Positions 1 to 8,124 of a stretch of 50,293 bases of DNA are shown here, in pieces. A program made the position numbers and the translations under genes. The notes under the pieces were generated by a model. It saw nothing but the letters and a program-made list of their open reading frames with translations, had not been told where the DNA came from and made no database searches. This DNA comes from a virus (taxonomy: Duplodnaviria; Caudoviricetes): positions 1 through 50,293 of IMG/VR virus record IMGVR_UViG_3300040971_000174, one strand, 5' to 3'. Within the stretch, counting starts at the first letter, position 1, and each line of letters begins with the position of its first letter.

Positions 1-51
1 AAAAGCCTGTTGGCATAGGCAAGACTATCTCTAGCAGACACCAATCGCTTA

Positions 52-1539
52 TTACAACCAGGTCAGCTTCAGTTCGCCGTCTTCCTGGACGAGAATATCT
101 TTGAGCGTCTTGCGCAGGGTGAAGTTCACATCGGCCGAATTGCCGGCCAGGAATGCCGGCAGCGCATGCAAGTTTGAGCGGATGATCTCGAGCATGATTC
201 GCCTATCCTTGGCAGCACGCTCAGCACGCAAGTATTCACGGACGATCAGCTCGAAGGCAACGATCTGCTCATCCAGCGGCGCTTTGTTGCGGCTCAGGCC
301 GTCGATGTCGAGCACGCCAATCTTGTAAGCATGCACCAGGCGATCGCGCTGCTCTTTCAGGTCGGCGAGATCGGCCTTGGCTGCCTGCTCGATTTCGCTC
401 TCCTGTGGATCTTCGGGGGATTCGACCATAGTTTTTATATCGTGCTCAATGGCGGCCGCCAGTTTCTCAAAAGCCGTGGTGTTAAACATGAATACGTGTT
501 CCGCGCGCGAGGAGCAGCGCCAGACCAGGACCGCTTCGGACTTGGCGCGGTTGTTATAAAATGCCCATAGCCTCAGACCGCAGACACCGCAGGTCATCAG
601 GTTACTGAGCGCCTGGCAGGTTTTGCCCTTATAGGTGTTACCGCGCCGGCTGAACTCGCGCTCGAGCGCTTCGCGGGTTTCTTCGTCCCAGAGCGGCTTG
701 TGCCGGCCTGCGCCCCAGACGATTGTATCGGGATCAACCTTGCGGTTGCGCTTTGTTGTTCCGGTGCGCGGATCCAGCTCCGAGCGGGTTGCCCCCCAGC
801 GCACCTTGCCGGCGTAGAAAGGGTTCAGGAGTATCTCTTTGATCGTCTGCCGGTACCAGCGTTTGCCTTTCGGGGCGACCCCGGTCGAGGACATGTATTC
901 AGCGCACTCGAGCAGGGATTTGCCCGAAAGAAACATATCCTTGATCTTGATCACGTGGCCGACCAGGTCTTCGTCTGGTTCGGGCGGAGTCTTGCTGTTG
1001 ATGGCTTTATACCCAAAGGGCAGCTTGACGGGCAGCCCGCGCGAGGCGGCGCGCCTGGGCATGGCCTCCTGATATTTTCGGCGCAGATCATTGGTCTGCG
1101 TTTTTTGTTTAAGCATGGCCAGCGTTTCCATCATGATGGCCATGTCTGATTTATAAGGGTTGTATTCAGCCGGCGGGATGGGTTCGACCGACATGTTGAC
1201 TGCGAAGAGCTGCACCTTGTAGTGGGCCAGGGTCTTCGAGACCATGCCGAGCAGGTCGCGCAGGCGATCGTAGTCGTACATGACCAGCACGTCAAAGGCG
1301 TGATCGTGGGCATCGTCGAGCATGCGTTTCAGGTCTGGCATGGCGGCTTCGGCGTGGCTCAGATTAACGTATTTGGTGCGGCTTTCTCCGGGGATGGTGT
1401 AGGGGCCGGCGGTCTCTGACCATCCCCGGCGCTGGGCCTGCTCGCGCGAGCGGGTCAGCTGGACTTCAAGGGAGACCTTTTCGGGGCCGGCCTGGGCTTC
1501 GGATGAGACTGCATTCAATATGGCGTATCTGATGGGCAT
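52..1539 (-). CDS. Large serine recombinase (phage integrase)
   Basis: N-terminal resolvase fold (YAILNAVSSEAQ...SLEVQ, DRL), recombinase domain (PFGY, ILLNPFYAG), zinc ribbon (CGVCG...WRC) and coiled coil. Start placed at ATG 1539, which has AGGA upstream. Confidence 0.93.
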   Translation of the reverse strand: MPIRYAILNAVSSEAQAGPEKVSLEVQLTRSREQAQRRGWSETAGPYTIPGESRTKYVNLSHAEAAMPDLKRMLDDAHDHAFDVLVMYDYDRLRDLLGMVSKTLAHYKVQLFAVNMSVEPIPPAEYNPYKSDMAIMMETLAMLKQKTQTNDLRRKYQEAMPRRAASRGLPVKLPFGYKAINSKTPPEPDEDLVGHVIKIKDMFLSGKSLLECAEYMSSTGVAPKGKRWYRQTIKEILLNPFYAGKVRWGATRSELDPRTGTTKRNRKVDPDTIVWGAGRHKPLWDEETREALEREFSRRGNTYKGKTCQALSNLMTCGVCGLRLWAFYNNRAKSEAVLVWRCSSRAEHVFMFNTTAFEKLAAAIEHDIKTMVESPEDPQESEIEQAAKADLADLKEQRDRLVHAYKIGVLDIDGLSRNKAPLDEQIVAFELIVREYLRAERAAKDRRIMLEIIRSNLHALPAFLAGNSADVNFTLRKTLKDILVQEDGELKLTWL

Positions 1540-1540
1540 G

Positions 1541-1568
1541 GCACACTTGTTCCTGAAATATATGTTCT
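1541..1568 (-). promoter_or_regulatory. Two LexA/SOS-box-like sites in the integrase leader
   Basis: GCACACTTGTTC (1541-1552) has 1 mismatch to GAAC-N4-GTTC. GAAATATATGTTCT (1555-1568) has one perfect half-site. Confidence 0.45.
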
Positions 1569-1687
1569 GGTAAGCAGCGCACAGAAGGCCCGAAATCATG
1601 GAAAAACCCGAGGGTTTTGGCGATTTCGGGCGGGATTGGTAGTTTGATGCGCCGAATTGCCACAGGCCCGCGTAGGGCCGTATAGGG

Positions 1688-1858
1688 CTATTCGGCCAAT
1701 GCGGACAATGAGAGCGAGATCAGCAGGATTGTGAGCAGGAAACTGGCTAGGCTGCGGCGGGTAAGCGGGGCGAGTTCGGGGTTGGAGACGATCACGGGCA
1801 GGGAAAGAAGGCTAAGGCCAAAGAATACACTGGCTGCGCCGACGAAGAATTGAAGCAT
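1688..1858 (-). CDS. Small 2-TM membrane protein (56 aa)
   Basis: Manual translation MLQFFVGAASVFFGLSLLSLPVIVSNPELAPLTRRSLASFLLTILLISLSLSALAE; below the ORF-track cutoff. Confidence 0.55.
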   Translation of the reverse strand: MLQFFVGAASVFFGLSLLSLPVIVSNPELAPLTRRSLASFLLTILLISLSLSALAE

Positions 1859-1885
1859 GTTAGGGCTGCACGCTGGATAATTGTT

Positions 1886-2854
1886 TCATGGAAGATTGAG
1901 CAAAACCGGGGACTCTGCATCAGCACCGCCTAGCGCATACGCGCTCGACGATGGCGAGATGTCATAAACAGCCATCACTTTGCCAGTATTTCTGGGGCCG
2001 AGCGTAACAACCGGGGCCCACTCATCGCCAGGCTCCCATAATGCAATAGTCAGGTTGAAATCTGACACATATGCTCCAGACTCATCCATTACAAAAGCTG
2101 AATAACCCGGTGAGTAATCTACTATTTGCCGACCATTATTTGTAACGGTCGTATACAAAACCAAAAAACGACCATTTTTAGGGTAATTGATCTCGCCGGC
2201 GAACTCTATCGAGTCTATGATTTCATAGCGATCAACCTTGATTACCCAATCTCCGTCTTGCAGAGCGCTTCCCGCAGGCAAAACCTTGAATTCTTCTGTC
2301 GCATTCGGCTGGGGCTGAAATGAGCCGGGATCCTGCTGATCTGAAACCGAACCCCCGCCTATCTCGCGGTTGATATCATTAAATGTTTCGTTGATCAGCG
2401 GTCCAAAAACAGTTAGAGCGCCGACGACACATAGGTTGGCAAAAAATAAACCAATAATGATCCAAGATACAACCTTCGTCCATTGTCGCTCTTCTTTATC
2501 CGTAAGAATAAGAATAAGCAAAGCAGGGAAAAACAAAAAGAACAGGATTACATATACCGCAGTCGAGCGATACCAGGGACGGGCGGTTGTCGCGCTCGGG
2601 CGAGCCGGATAGGCACGTAAGACGCCCTGCAAATCATCTAGGGTATTTCGAGCCTTATCGTTATTGGGGTTGATACGCAGTATTTCACGCAAGCACTTTA
2701 TTCGCTCGGTATCATTATTTGCTACGTTGAACATCCACTGCCAGGCGCGCTCACTATTGGGATCTTCTCTCAGCGCTTGCGCAAACAGCCGGCGCGCAGT
2801 TACTTTGTCGCCGGCCTTGTGCGCTGCTATGCCATTCTTTAGGTTTTCGCTCAT
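1886..2854 (-). CDS. TPR-repeat membrane protein with C-terminal DUF4352-like extracellular domain
   Basis: N-terminal TPR (ARRLFAQALREDPNSERAWQW), two TM helices, Ig-like motif FLVLYTTVTNNG...LGPRNTGKVMAVYDI. More AT-rich than its neighbours. Confidence 0.75.
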   Translation of the reverse strand: MSENLKNGIAAHKAGDKVTARRLFAQALREDPNSERAWQWMFNVANNDTERIKCLREILRINPNNDKARNTLDDLQGVLRAYPARPSATTARPWYRSTAVYVILFFLFFPALLILILTDKEERQWTKVVSWIIIGLFFANLCVVGALTVFGPLINETFNDINREIGGGSVSDQQDPGSFQPQPNATEEFKVLPAGSALQDGDWVIKVDRYEIIDSIEFAGEINYPKNGRFLVLYTTVTNNGRQIVDYSPGYSAFVMDESGAYVSDFNLTIALWEPGDEWAPVVTLGPRNTGKVMAVYDISPSSSAYALGGADAESPVLLNLP

Positions 2855-2894
2855 GGGATTGCTACTCTTTCGCGAAAGTTCTTATGTTTCGCAA

Positions 2895-2913
2895 AGAACG
2901 TTTGTGCTACAAT
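2895..2913 (+). promoter_or_regulatory. LexA-box-like operator abutting an extended -10 element
   Basis: AGAACGTTTGTGCT (1 mismatch to AGAAC-N4-GTTCT) runs into TGCTACAAT. RBS AAGGAAGG precedes ATG 2933. Confidence 0.6.
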
Positions 2914-2932
2914 GCAAAAAAGGAAGGTTCCG

Positions 2933-3247
2933 ATGACACAAGAAACAAGTTACTTCTTATCGCCATATTCCCCGGAAGAAAAGGCTGCACTCCGGAGAAC
3001 CATAGGCAGGCTGGTCACAACCGGCAAAAAGCTACGGGCCCTCGAAGGGGCCAAAGGCGCTCACGTCGGCAGTGCGAACCCTGGCAAGGCCGAGACTGAT
3101 TTTCTTTGCGCCGCCGAGAAGGTGGGCATCGACCAGGTAGAAGCCTTCATCCCCATCCCAAAAAAGATACGAGCCTGGATCGCCCGCCTGGGACTGAAAA
3201 TCTCCCACCGACTCTGCCGAGAGTTCTTGAAGCTTTCTCGCCAGTGA
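2933..3247 (+). CDS. Small basic protein, candidate SOS-inducible antirepressor
   Basis: Has its own promoter, RBS and downstream terminator, and is oriented against the immunity operon. Function is inferred. Confidence 0.55.
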   Translation: MTQETSYFLSPYSPEEKAALRRTIGRLVTTGKKLRALEGAKGAHVGSANPGKAETDFLCAAEKVGIDQVEAFIPIPKKIRAWIARLGLKISHRLCREFLKLSRQ

Positions 3248-3389
3248 TTCTTTCGAGCCGACATATCCGGCGATGACGCCGGACGGAATGGCGACCCAGA
3301 TAAGTTCTGCGTCTGCGTCGTCGAGAAATATATTTAAGTAACGAGCAAACTCAGAGTCCATACATCATCCGATAAATCTGTCTTGTTTC

Positions 3390-3418
3390 ATCCCGGCAAA
3401 CACTGCCGGGATTTTTTT
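3390..3418 (+). terminator. Rho-independent terminator
   Basis: ATCCCGGCA-AACAC-TGCCGGGAT followed by a T run. Confidence 0.8.
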
Positions 3419-3442
3419 GTTTAACTTTCTCACACGTATGAG

Positions 3443-3763
3443 CTATGGGCACACAGAGAATATTTGATAAATCTTGATGTTGTTGGCGGCCATCTGCGCA
3501 AGTATTTCAAGCTGGGCAACCTGGTACATCGAGATTTGATTTTCTCTAGTTAGCGCCGGCATTTGAGTCAATATTCCTTTTATCTGACCGATTCTCTCGT
3601 TGCTATCCAGGATGAGTGAAAGCATTTCTGATCGGGCCTGCTTGCATTCCCGCGAAGGCTGCAACAGTTTTATTTGTTCTTGGCGTTGAAAAACACTAAC
3701 GGCAAGCAAGGCGACGATTGCTGTTAGCAATAAGACAATTATGCCTTGGGTTGCTTTTTCCAT
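3443..3763 (-). CDS. Membrane-anchored hypothetical protein
   Basis: N-terminal TM helix; co-oriented with the repressor. Confidence 0.7.
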   Translation of the reverse strand: MEKATQGIIVLLLTAIVALLAVSVFQRQEQIKLLQPSRECKQARSEMLSLILDSNERIGQIKGILTQMPALTRENQISMYQVAQLEILAQMAANNIKIYQIFSVCP

Positions 3764-3766
3764 CTC

Positions 3767-4309
3767 TTACACGCCGATCTCGTGGAACTGGCGCAGTGTC
3801 GGCAGCCAGCGGTTGGCCTTGATGACGTAGAAGCAGGTTGAGATATTCAGGAAGATGACCAGGCTGAGGCTAAAGACGATGCCGGCGGCGAGGAAGCTGT
3901 TGATCTGGCCAGGGTCCACCATTAGGGCGGGGAAAAGCAGGGCCGCGGTGATGATATAGCTCATCATGTAAAAGAGCATGTACCAGTCTGACAGGCGGAT
4001 TTGGCGACGGGCGGCGGCTATCAGGCCAACGGCCGTGATGATGCTGAAGATGGGGGATGTTTCGACAAACGAATAGATCAGGGAGCGATCGAGGGCAAAG
4101 GCAACGCTCATCAAGGCGGCCATTCCGAAAGCACCCAGGCCGACGCGCAGGTCTGCCGCGCGCAGCCGGCGGCGTTCGATGCGCATTTTGAAGCCAAGGA
4201 GATGGATCAGGTGGAACTGGCCGACGTTGTACTTTATCTCTCTCAGGTCGGCGATGCTCACGATGCGTTCGAGTTCGGCTTTGATGGATTCTTGTTCGAG
4301 TGAGTGCAT
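3767..4309 (-). CDS. 4-TM integral membrane protein (immunity region)
   Basis: Four hydrophobic segments; starts 7 nt after the repressor stop. Confidence 0.75.
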   Translation of the reverse strand: MHSLEQESIKAELERIVSIADLREIKYNVGQFHLIHLLGFKMRIERRRLRAADLRVGLGAFGMAALMSVAFALDRSLIYSFVETSPIFSIITAVGLIAAARRQIRLSDWYMLFYMMSYIITAALLFPALMVDPGQINSFLAAGIVFSLSLVIFLNISTCFYVIKANRWLPTLRQFHEIGV

Positions 4310-4316
4310 GGTCGGC

Positions 4317-4703
4317 TCAGGGTTTGATGGGGGTTGTATTCAGCTTCGCGCCGGCGGGGGTGCTTTGCGGTTGATCGTTGACTTCGTTACGGAAGCGGAT
4401 GTACTTAAGCACCTCGCGCTGTTCTTCGCGGGTCATCTTTTCGGTTTCTGCCAGGATCTGCTCGCGCAGCGCCTCGAGCTCGGACACCTGGGGCAGCAGG
4501 CCGGCGGCACGAAAGACGGTCTCCTTGGGCAGCTTCAAGGCCTCGGCTATCTTCGAGCAGGCATCAGGCCCAATCTGCCTAGATCCCTTTGAAAGCATTG
4601 TGAAATAGCTGCTGCTTAGGCCAGCTCTTTGCGCCAACTGGTTTCTGGTCCAGTTACGCTTTTCTATTTCCGTATCTACGAACCTAAGAAATTCCATGTG
4701 CAT
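4317..4703 (-). CDS. XRE-family CI-like repressor (no S24 peptidase domain)
   Basis: HTH WTRNQLAQRAGLSSSYFTMLSKGSRQIG...KIAEAL; divergent from the early operon. Confidence 0.88.
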   Translation of the reverse strand: MHMEFLRFVDTEIEKRNWTRNQLAQRAGLSSSYFTMLSKGSRQIGPDACSKIAEALKLPKETVFRAAGLLPQVSELEALREQILAETEKMTREEQREVLKYIRFRNEVNDQPQSTPAGAKLNTTPIKP

Positions 4704-4719
4704 ATTGTTGCCGATTAAG

Positions 4720-4787
4720 TTCTAAATTGGGTTAGAAATATACTTGACAAGATTTATAATATGGTTATAATCTAACTGTAGTTAGAT
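4720..4787. promoter_or_regulatory. Genetic switch: consensus sigma70 promoter flanked by two operators
   Basis: TTGACA (4744-4749), 16 nt, TATAAT (4766-4771). Palindromes TTCTAA-ATTGGG-TTAGAA (4720-4737) and ATCTAA-CTGTAG-TTAGAT (4770-4787). Confidence 0.85.
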
Positions 4788-4809
4788 GTTATCTACCAGG
4801 AGAGAGAGC

Positions 4810-4992
4810 ATGACAGAAAAGACCACCATCCAAGTTACAAAAGATGCCGCCGACGAACTGAAACGACGCTTTCCGCATTTGCGGAATGATGCTGTTCGGG
4901 TTTCTGTTCTTCTGGGTATCGTGAAAATCGAAGAACTACCCCGTCCCGCTGACGGCGAATCCATTCCCGTCATCACCATCGCCGAGAGCTAA
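4810..4992 (+). CDS. Cro-position regulator, ribbon-helix-helix-like
   Basis: First gene of the rightward operon; KTTIQVTKDAADELKRR strand-helix pattern. Confidence 0.65.
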   Translation: MTEKTTIQVTKDAADELKRRFPHLRNDAVRVSVLLGIVKIEELPRPADGESIPVITIAES

Positions 4993-4995
4993 GCC

Positions 4996-5607
4996 ATGAC
5001 AACCGCTCTTGCGCTTCTCCTGACGATCGTCATTCTGCAAAGTCTGTACATTGTTTCGCTCCAGCGCAGCCACCTGCACCCTGGGGTCAAGACCCAACAG
5101 GCTGGCCGGCTGTACCTGGCGGCTTGCAGCCTGCTCAGAGTTCCGGGGGCGCTAGTCGCCTTCGACGTGCGCGGGATGCACAGTTTGAACAGCGAACTGG
5201 GTTACTCGAACGCCAACCGGGTTTTGAGCCGAATACTTGGCGTATGCAGCAGCCGGCGCGACATCGTGAGCGTTTGGGGCGGAGATGAGTTCGTGATCTT
5301 TATGCCGTTTTCGAGCGCAGAGACCGCCGATAACCTGGTCAAACGCCTGCTGGCGAAGACACGCTGCCTGAGCGAAGAACTGCCGGCAGAGACACGCGCC
5401 AACCTGGCTCAGCGAACCAACAACATCATCGACGGCATCCACCTGGCGATCGCGGTTGTCGACGAAACCAACAACGCCCTGCGGGCAGCCAGCGAGGCCG
5501 TGGACAAAACCGAGCACCTGAAAGAACACGGCGCGCAGATCACCGGTCGGCGTGAAACCACCGGCAACGTGGGCACGCTGGTGGGCCACCTGGGGATGGC
5601 GAAATGA
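4996..5607 (+). CDS. Membrane-anchored GGDEF-domain protein
   Basis: N-terminal TM, then LVAFDVRGMHSLNSELGYSNANRVL and WGGDEFVIF (GGDEF at 5278-5292). Confidence 0.85.
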   Translation: MTTALALLLTIVILQSLYIVSLQRSHLHPGVKTQQAGRLYLAACSLLRVPGALVAFDVRGMHSLNSELGYSNANRVLSRILGVCSSRRDIVSVWGGDEFVIFMPFSSAETADNLVKRLLAKTRCLSEELPAETRANLAQRTNNIIDGIHLAIAVVDETNNALRAASEAVDKTEHLKEHGAQITGRRETTGNVGTLVGHLGMAK

Positions 5608-5783
5608 CAACCGCTTCGTCGCTTGCGCTCGAAACCCTGGCGAATGCGCTGCTTGCAACCGCTGCCAGACTGGAAGCGGAACAACAGGCGCGCGAGTTCG
5701 AGCAAGGTCTGCTCGAGATGCGAACAGAGTACAGCTTCGCAGAACCAATCAACCAGCCGGCAATGGCAGCCGCCGGCAACTAG
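5604..5783 (+). CDS. Hypothetical protein (59 aa)
   Basis: ATGA-coupled to the GGDEF gene; MTTASSLALETLANALLATAARLEAEQQAREF... Confidence 0.6.
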   Translation: MTTASSLALETLANALLATAARLEAEQQAREFEQGLLEMRTEYSFAEPINQPAMAAAGN

Positions 5784-5799
5784 AAAGCGAGACGAGACA

Positions 5800-6282
5800 A
5801 TGGGCATAAGAACACGTGGTTACCATCCGGCAATTTCCGCCATGCGCGAGAGCATGCTGTTTCGGCAAGAACTACTCGAAGAAGCCTGGGCAAAAATGGA
5901 CCAATTCAACGCAAACAAACAACTCAAGAAAAGTTACTGGCACCAGCGCCAATCCCTGGCAATGGGCGAACTGAAAGCCATTGACCCGCAAGGCTGGGAA
6001 GCCTGGTACGACAGTGACGCCGTTCCTGAATACGGAACGGAGAAAAGCCGGGCCTTGCTGGTCGAAGCCCGCGTGGCTGAACTTGCCGAGAAGAATAACC
6101 GGACTGTTGTCCGCGCAGTGGCGCGCCTGTATCGAGGCGTGTTCATTTGGCGCGACCAGGCCGGTTATTTCATCTTCGGCGAAGACCGGCGCATTTATGA
6201 ATTCGTCGAAGAAGGCGAAGCGAAGGGTCACATAGACGCGACCCTGGCCATGTGCGGCAGCCTGCTGGGCGCGCTGGCATAA
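5800..6282 (+). CDS. Hypothetical phage protein
   Basis: Start reassigned to ATG 5800; operon context. Confidence 0.7.
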   Translation: MGIRTRGYHPAISAMRESMLFRQELLEEAWAKMDQFNANKQLKKSYWHQRQSLAMGELKAIDPQGWEAWYDSDAVPEYGTEKSRALLVEARVAELAEKNNRTVVRAVARLYRGVFIWRDQAGYFIFGEDRRIYEFVEEGEAKGHIDATLAMCGSLLGALA

Positions 6283-6355
6283 CAACAAACAACTGGTGGG
6301 GCGCGGGCTTTCTTCATAATCCAAGCATAACCACATCAAAGGGAGAACTCAAGAA

Positions 6356-6685
6356 ATGGCAATCGATTGGACGGCTTTTGGACTGGTTTTGGCTGGAGAA
6401 CTGATCTTCGCTATCGTGCTGGCTGTGATAGTGCGCTTCATAGCGATCAAAGGCCCTACTGGGCAGACTTTATGGATGGTTGTTGTCGGCGTCGCCGGCG
6501 TCGTTACCATCGCTAGCCCGCTGATCGGTTGGTTTTCATTTGTGATCATGGCAGCCTGCTTTTCTGTAGCCGGCATTCCTATGGGGATTGAATACCTGAC
6601 GCGCATGTCTGATGAGCACATCGCTGCGCGCAAGACCCTCGAAGGAACGCTCGATGACAACACCAGCGCAGATTGGGAAGCGTGA
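6356..6685 (+). CDS. Small membrane protein (3-4 TM)
   Basis: RBS GGGAG; hydrophobic helices. Confidence 0.75.
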   Translation: MAIDWTAFGLVLAGELIFAIVLAVIVRFIAIKGPTGQTLWMVVVGVAGVVTIASPLIGWFSFVIMAACFSVAGIPMGIEYLTRMSDEHIAARKTLEGTLDDNTSADWEA

Positions 6686-6878
6686 GTATTGCGCAACGAT
6701 TACCCAGGGCCGACTGGCAAACCGGGATATTCGGCAGGCGCTCCGGAAAATGCTCTCGGCCAGCAACTCCCCGGCAGTCCACGCCCTGATCGCACAGATG
6801 AGTCTGGCGCTGGCTGAAAACGAAGATGCGCTGAACAGACTGGACGAGATCGGAAGAAACAGCAAGACAGAACCTTAA
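6654..6878 (+). CDS. Hypothetical helical protein
   Basis: ATG 6654 with GAAGGA upstream; overlaps the end of the previous gene. Confidence 0.6.
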   Translation: MTTPAQIGKREYCATITQGRLANRDIRQALRKMLSASNSPAVHALIAQMSLALAENEDALNRLDEIGRNSKTEP

Positions 6879-6879
6879 A

Positions 6880-7635
6880 TCAGCAACACGGCTTCGATGC
6901 CCGTGACAAGCAGAAGGACGCTCTCCCCCCTGGAGCACACCCTGCGCAGACGGCATCGCGGTCACATTCAATCAAAGAGCAGCGCGCAACCCCTTATTGA
7001 TACAAAGCGCTCTCCCAGGGCAGGGTGCCCCCCTCACCCTGCCCATAGCTCCGGGGAACCGGTGTGGCGGGCAAGACTGCCGCCGGTGGGTCCGACTCCC
7101 ACCTCCCTCTCTAGTACGTACAACAGCACGCGCCAGTCCGGCTCAGACCCGGCGAGATGGACAGACGACTGAAAATAGATACACAAAAAAAACAGAGAAT
7201 TCGGCCAGCCAGGTCGGGTCCCCCCACGAGAAAAGGCGGGGACGTGGCTTCAATGTCACCTGGCCTCTTCTACCTGAAAACAAATCAAACACTTTGCCCG
7301 GTCCGGGGTGCGATCAATACCCGGCGGGCGCTTACGCCCCTGTTCTTATTTCGTGACCGAAAGTTTTTCAGGGGCATCGGCTTTTCTTTATTTCCATCAG
7401 GAGGTGATCCGATCTCTATCGCGACACCAGCCGCGCGCGCCGGCTGGGTAATGACAGCCAGGGCCAAAATCGTACCGAACGGGCCCGAACCCCTATCTGA
7501 CCCCAGGCCGCGCTGGGGACCTTAAATACAAAAACGCCCGTGGGCAGCGGGCGCTTTGTCGGGTGCGGACACCCAAAATAACGAGACAACGCTATTTTAG
7601 CACAGTTCGCGCCTGACATAACCCTGCCCCACGAA
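6880..7635 (+). ncRNA. Putative structured non-coding RNA region
   Basis: No credible ORF; more than 10 GC-rich hairpins separated by A-rich linkers; T-loop-like arms. Confidence 0.55.
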
Positions 7636-7647
7636 AAGGAGATTGTT

Positions 7648-8121
7648 ATGTGTGAACCCGCGAAAGTTGTAGCAAGACTGACCCTGACCCATCAAAACGG
7701 CAACCAGACGGTTGCCGAAGTGCACGATGACGCCTCGTTCAGTTCGTTCTTTCGGATTTATAAGCGGCCGGCCGGCCAGGACGAAAAGCACCTGATGCGG
7801 CGCGAAAGCCGCATCGAAGCGCGCGACCTGGAGCAGTTGGGTGAGAAGATCACCCGCACCTGGAAGGGGATGGCTTCGAGCAAGGTCGCCAAGGGACGCT
7901 GGAACGGTCACCTGGTGGTTGACAGCAAGGTTGTCATCATCGACGCCGAAAAGTACGTCCACCTGCTTGACTGCGAATTCTCGCAGCTTCCAGGCGGCGG
8001 CCAGGCGATCAACCGGTCGGGTGGCGTTTTGGCAAAGCGCGAGCTGGCCCCCAGCAACGCACTGCCGATCGGGTACACCCCCCTGCAAAAACGCATGAAC
8101 ATCATGACCGGGAGGGCATAA
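7648..8121 (+). CDS. Hypothetical phage protein
   Basis: Strong RBS AAAGGAGA. Confidence 0.75.
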   Translation: MCEPAKVVARLTLTHQNGNQTVAEVHDDASFSSFFRIYKRPAGQDEKHLMRRESRIEARDLEQLGEKITRTWKGMASSKVAKGRWNGHLVVDSKVVIIDAEKYVHLLDCEFSQLPGGGQAINRSGGVLAKRELAPSNALPIGYTPLQKRMNIMTGRA

Positions 8122-8124
8122 GCG

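Noticed and set aside
1-51. att site or integrase terminator at the window start
   Set aside because: Only a weak 4-bp stem is present; att cannot be defined without the other prophage end.
6983-6999. GCGCAACCCCTTATT resembling a 16S rRNA segment
   Set aside because: The match is short and imperfect with no flanking rRNA similarity.
7440-7500. Possible c-di-GMP-I riboswitch (ATGACAGCCAGG)
   Set aside because: Lacks the GGCAAA/GAAA P2 stem and the GACGCAAAGC core.
6897-7525. ORFs 6897-7172, 6997-7356 and 7157-7525
   Set aside because: No RBS, Pro/Arg-rich shadow composition, mutually overlapping, and they cross strong hairpins.
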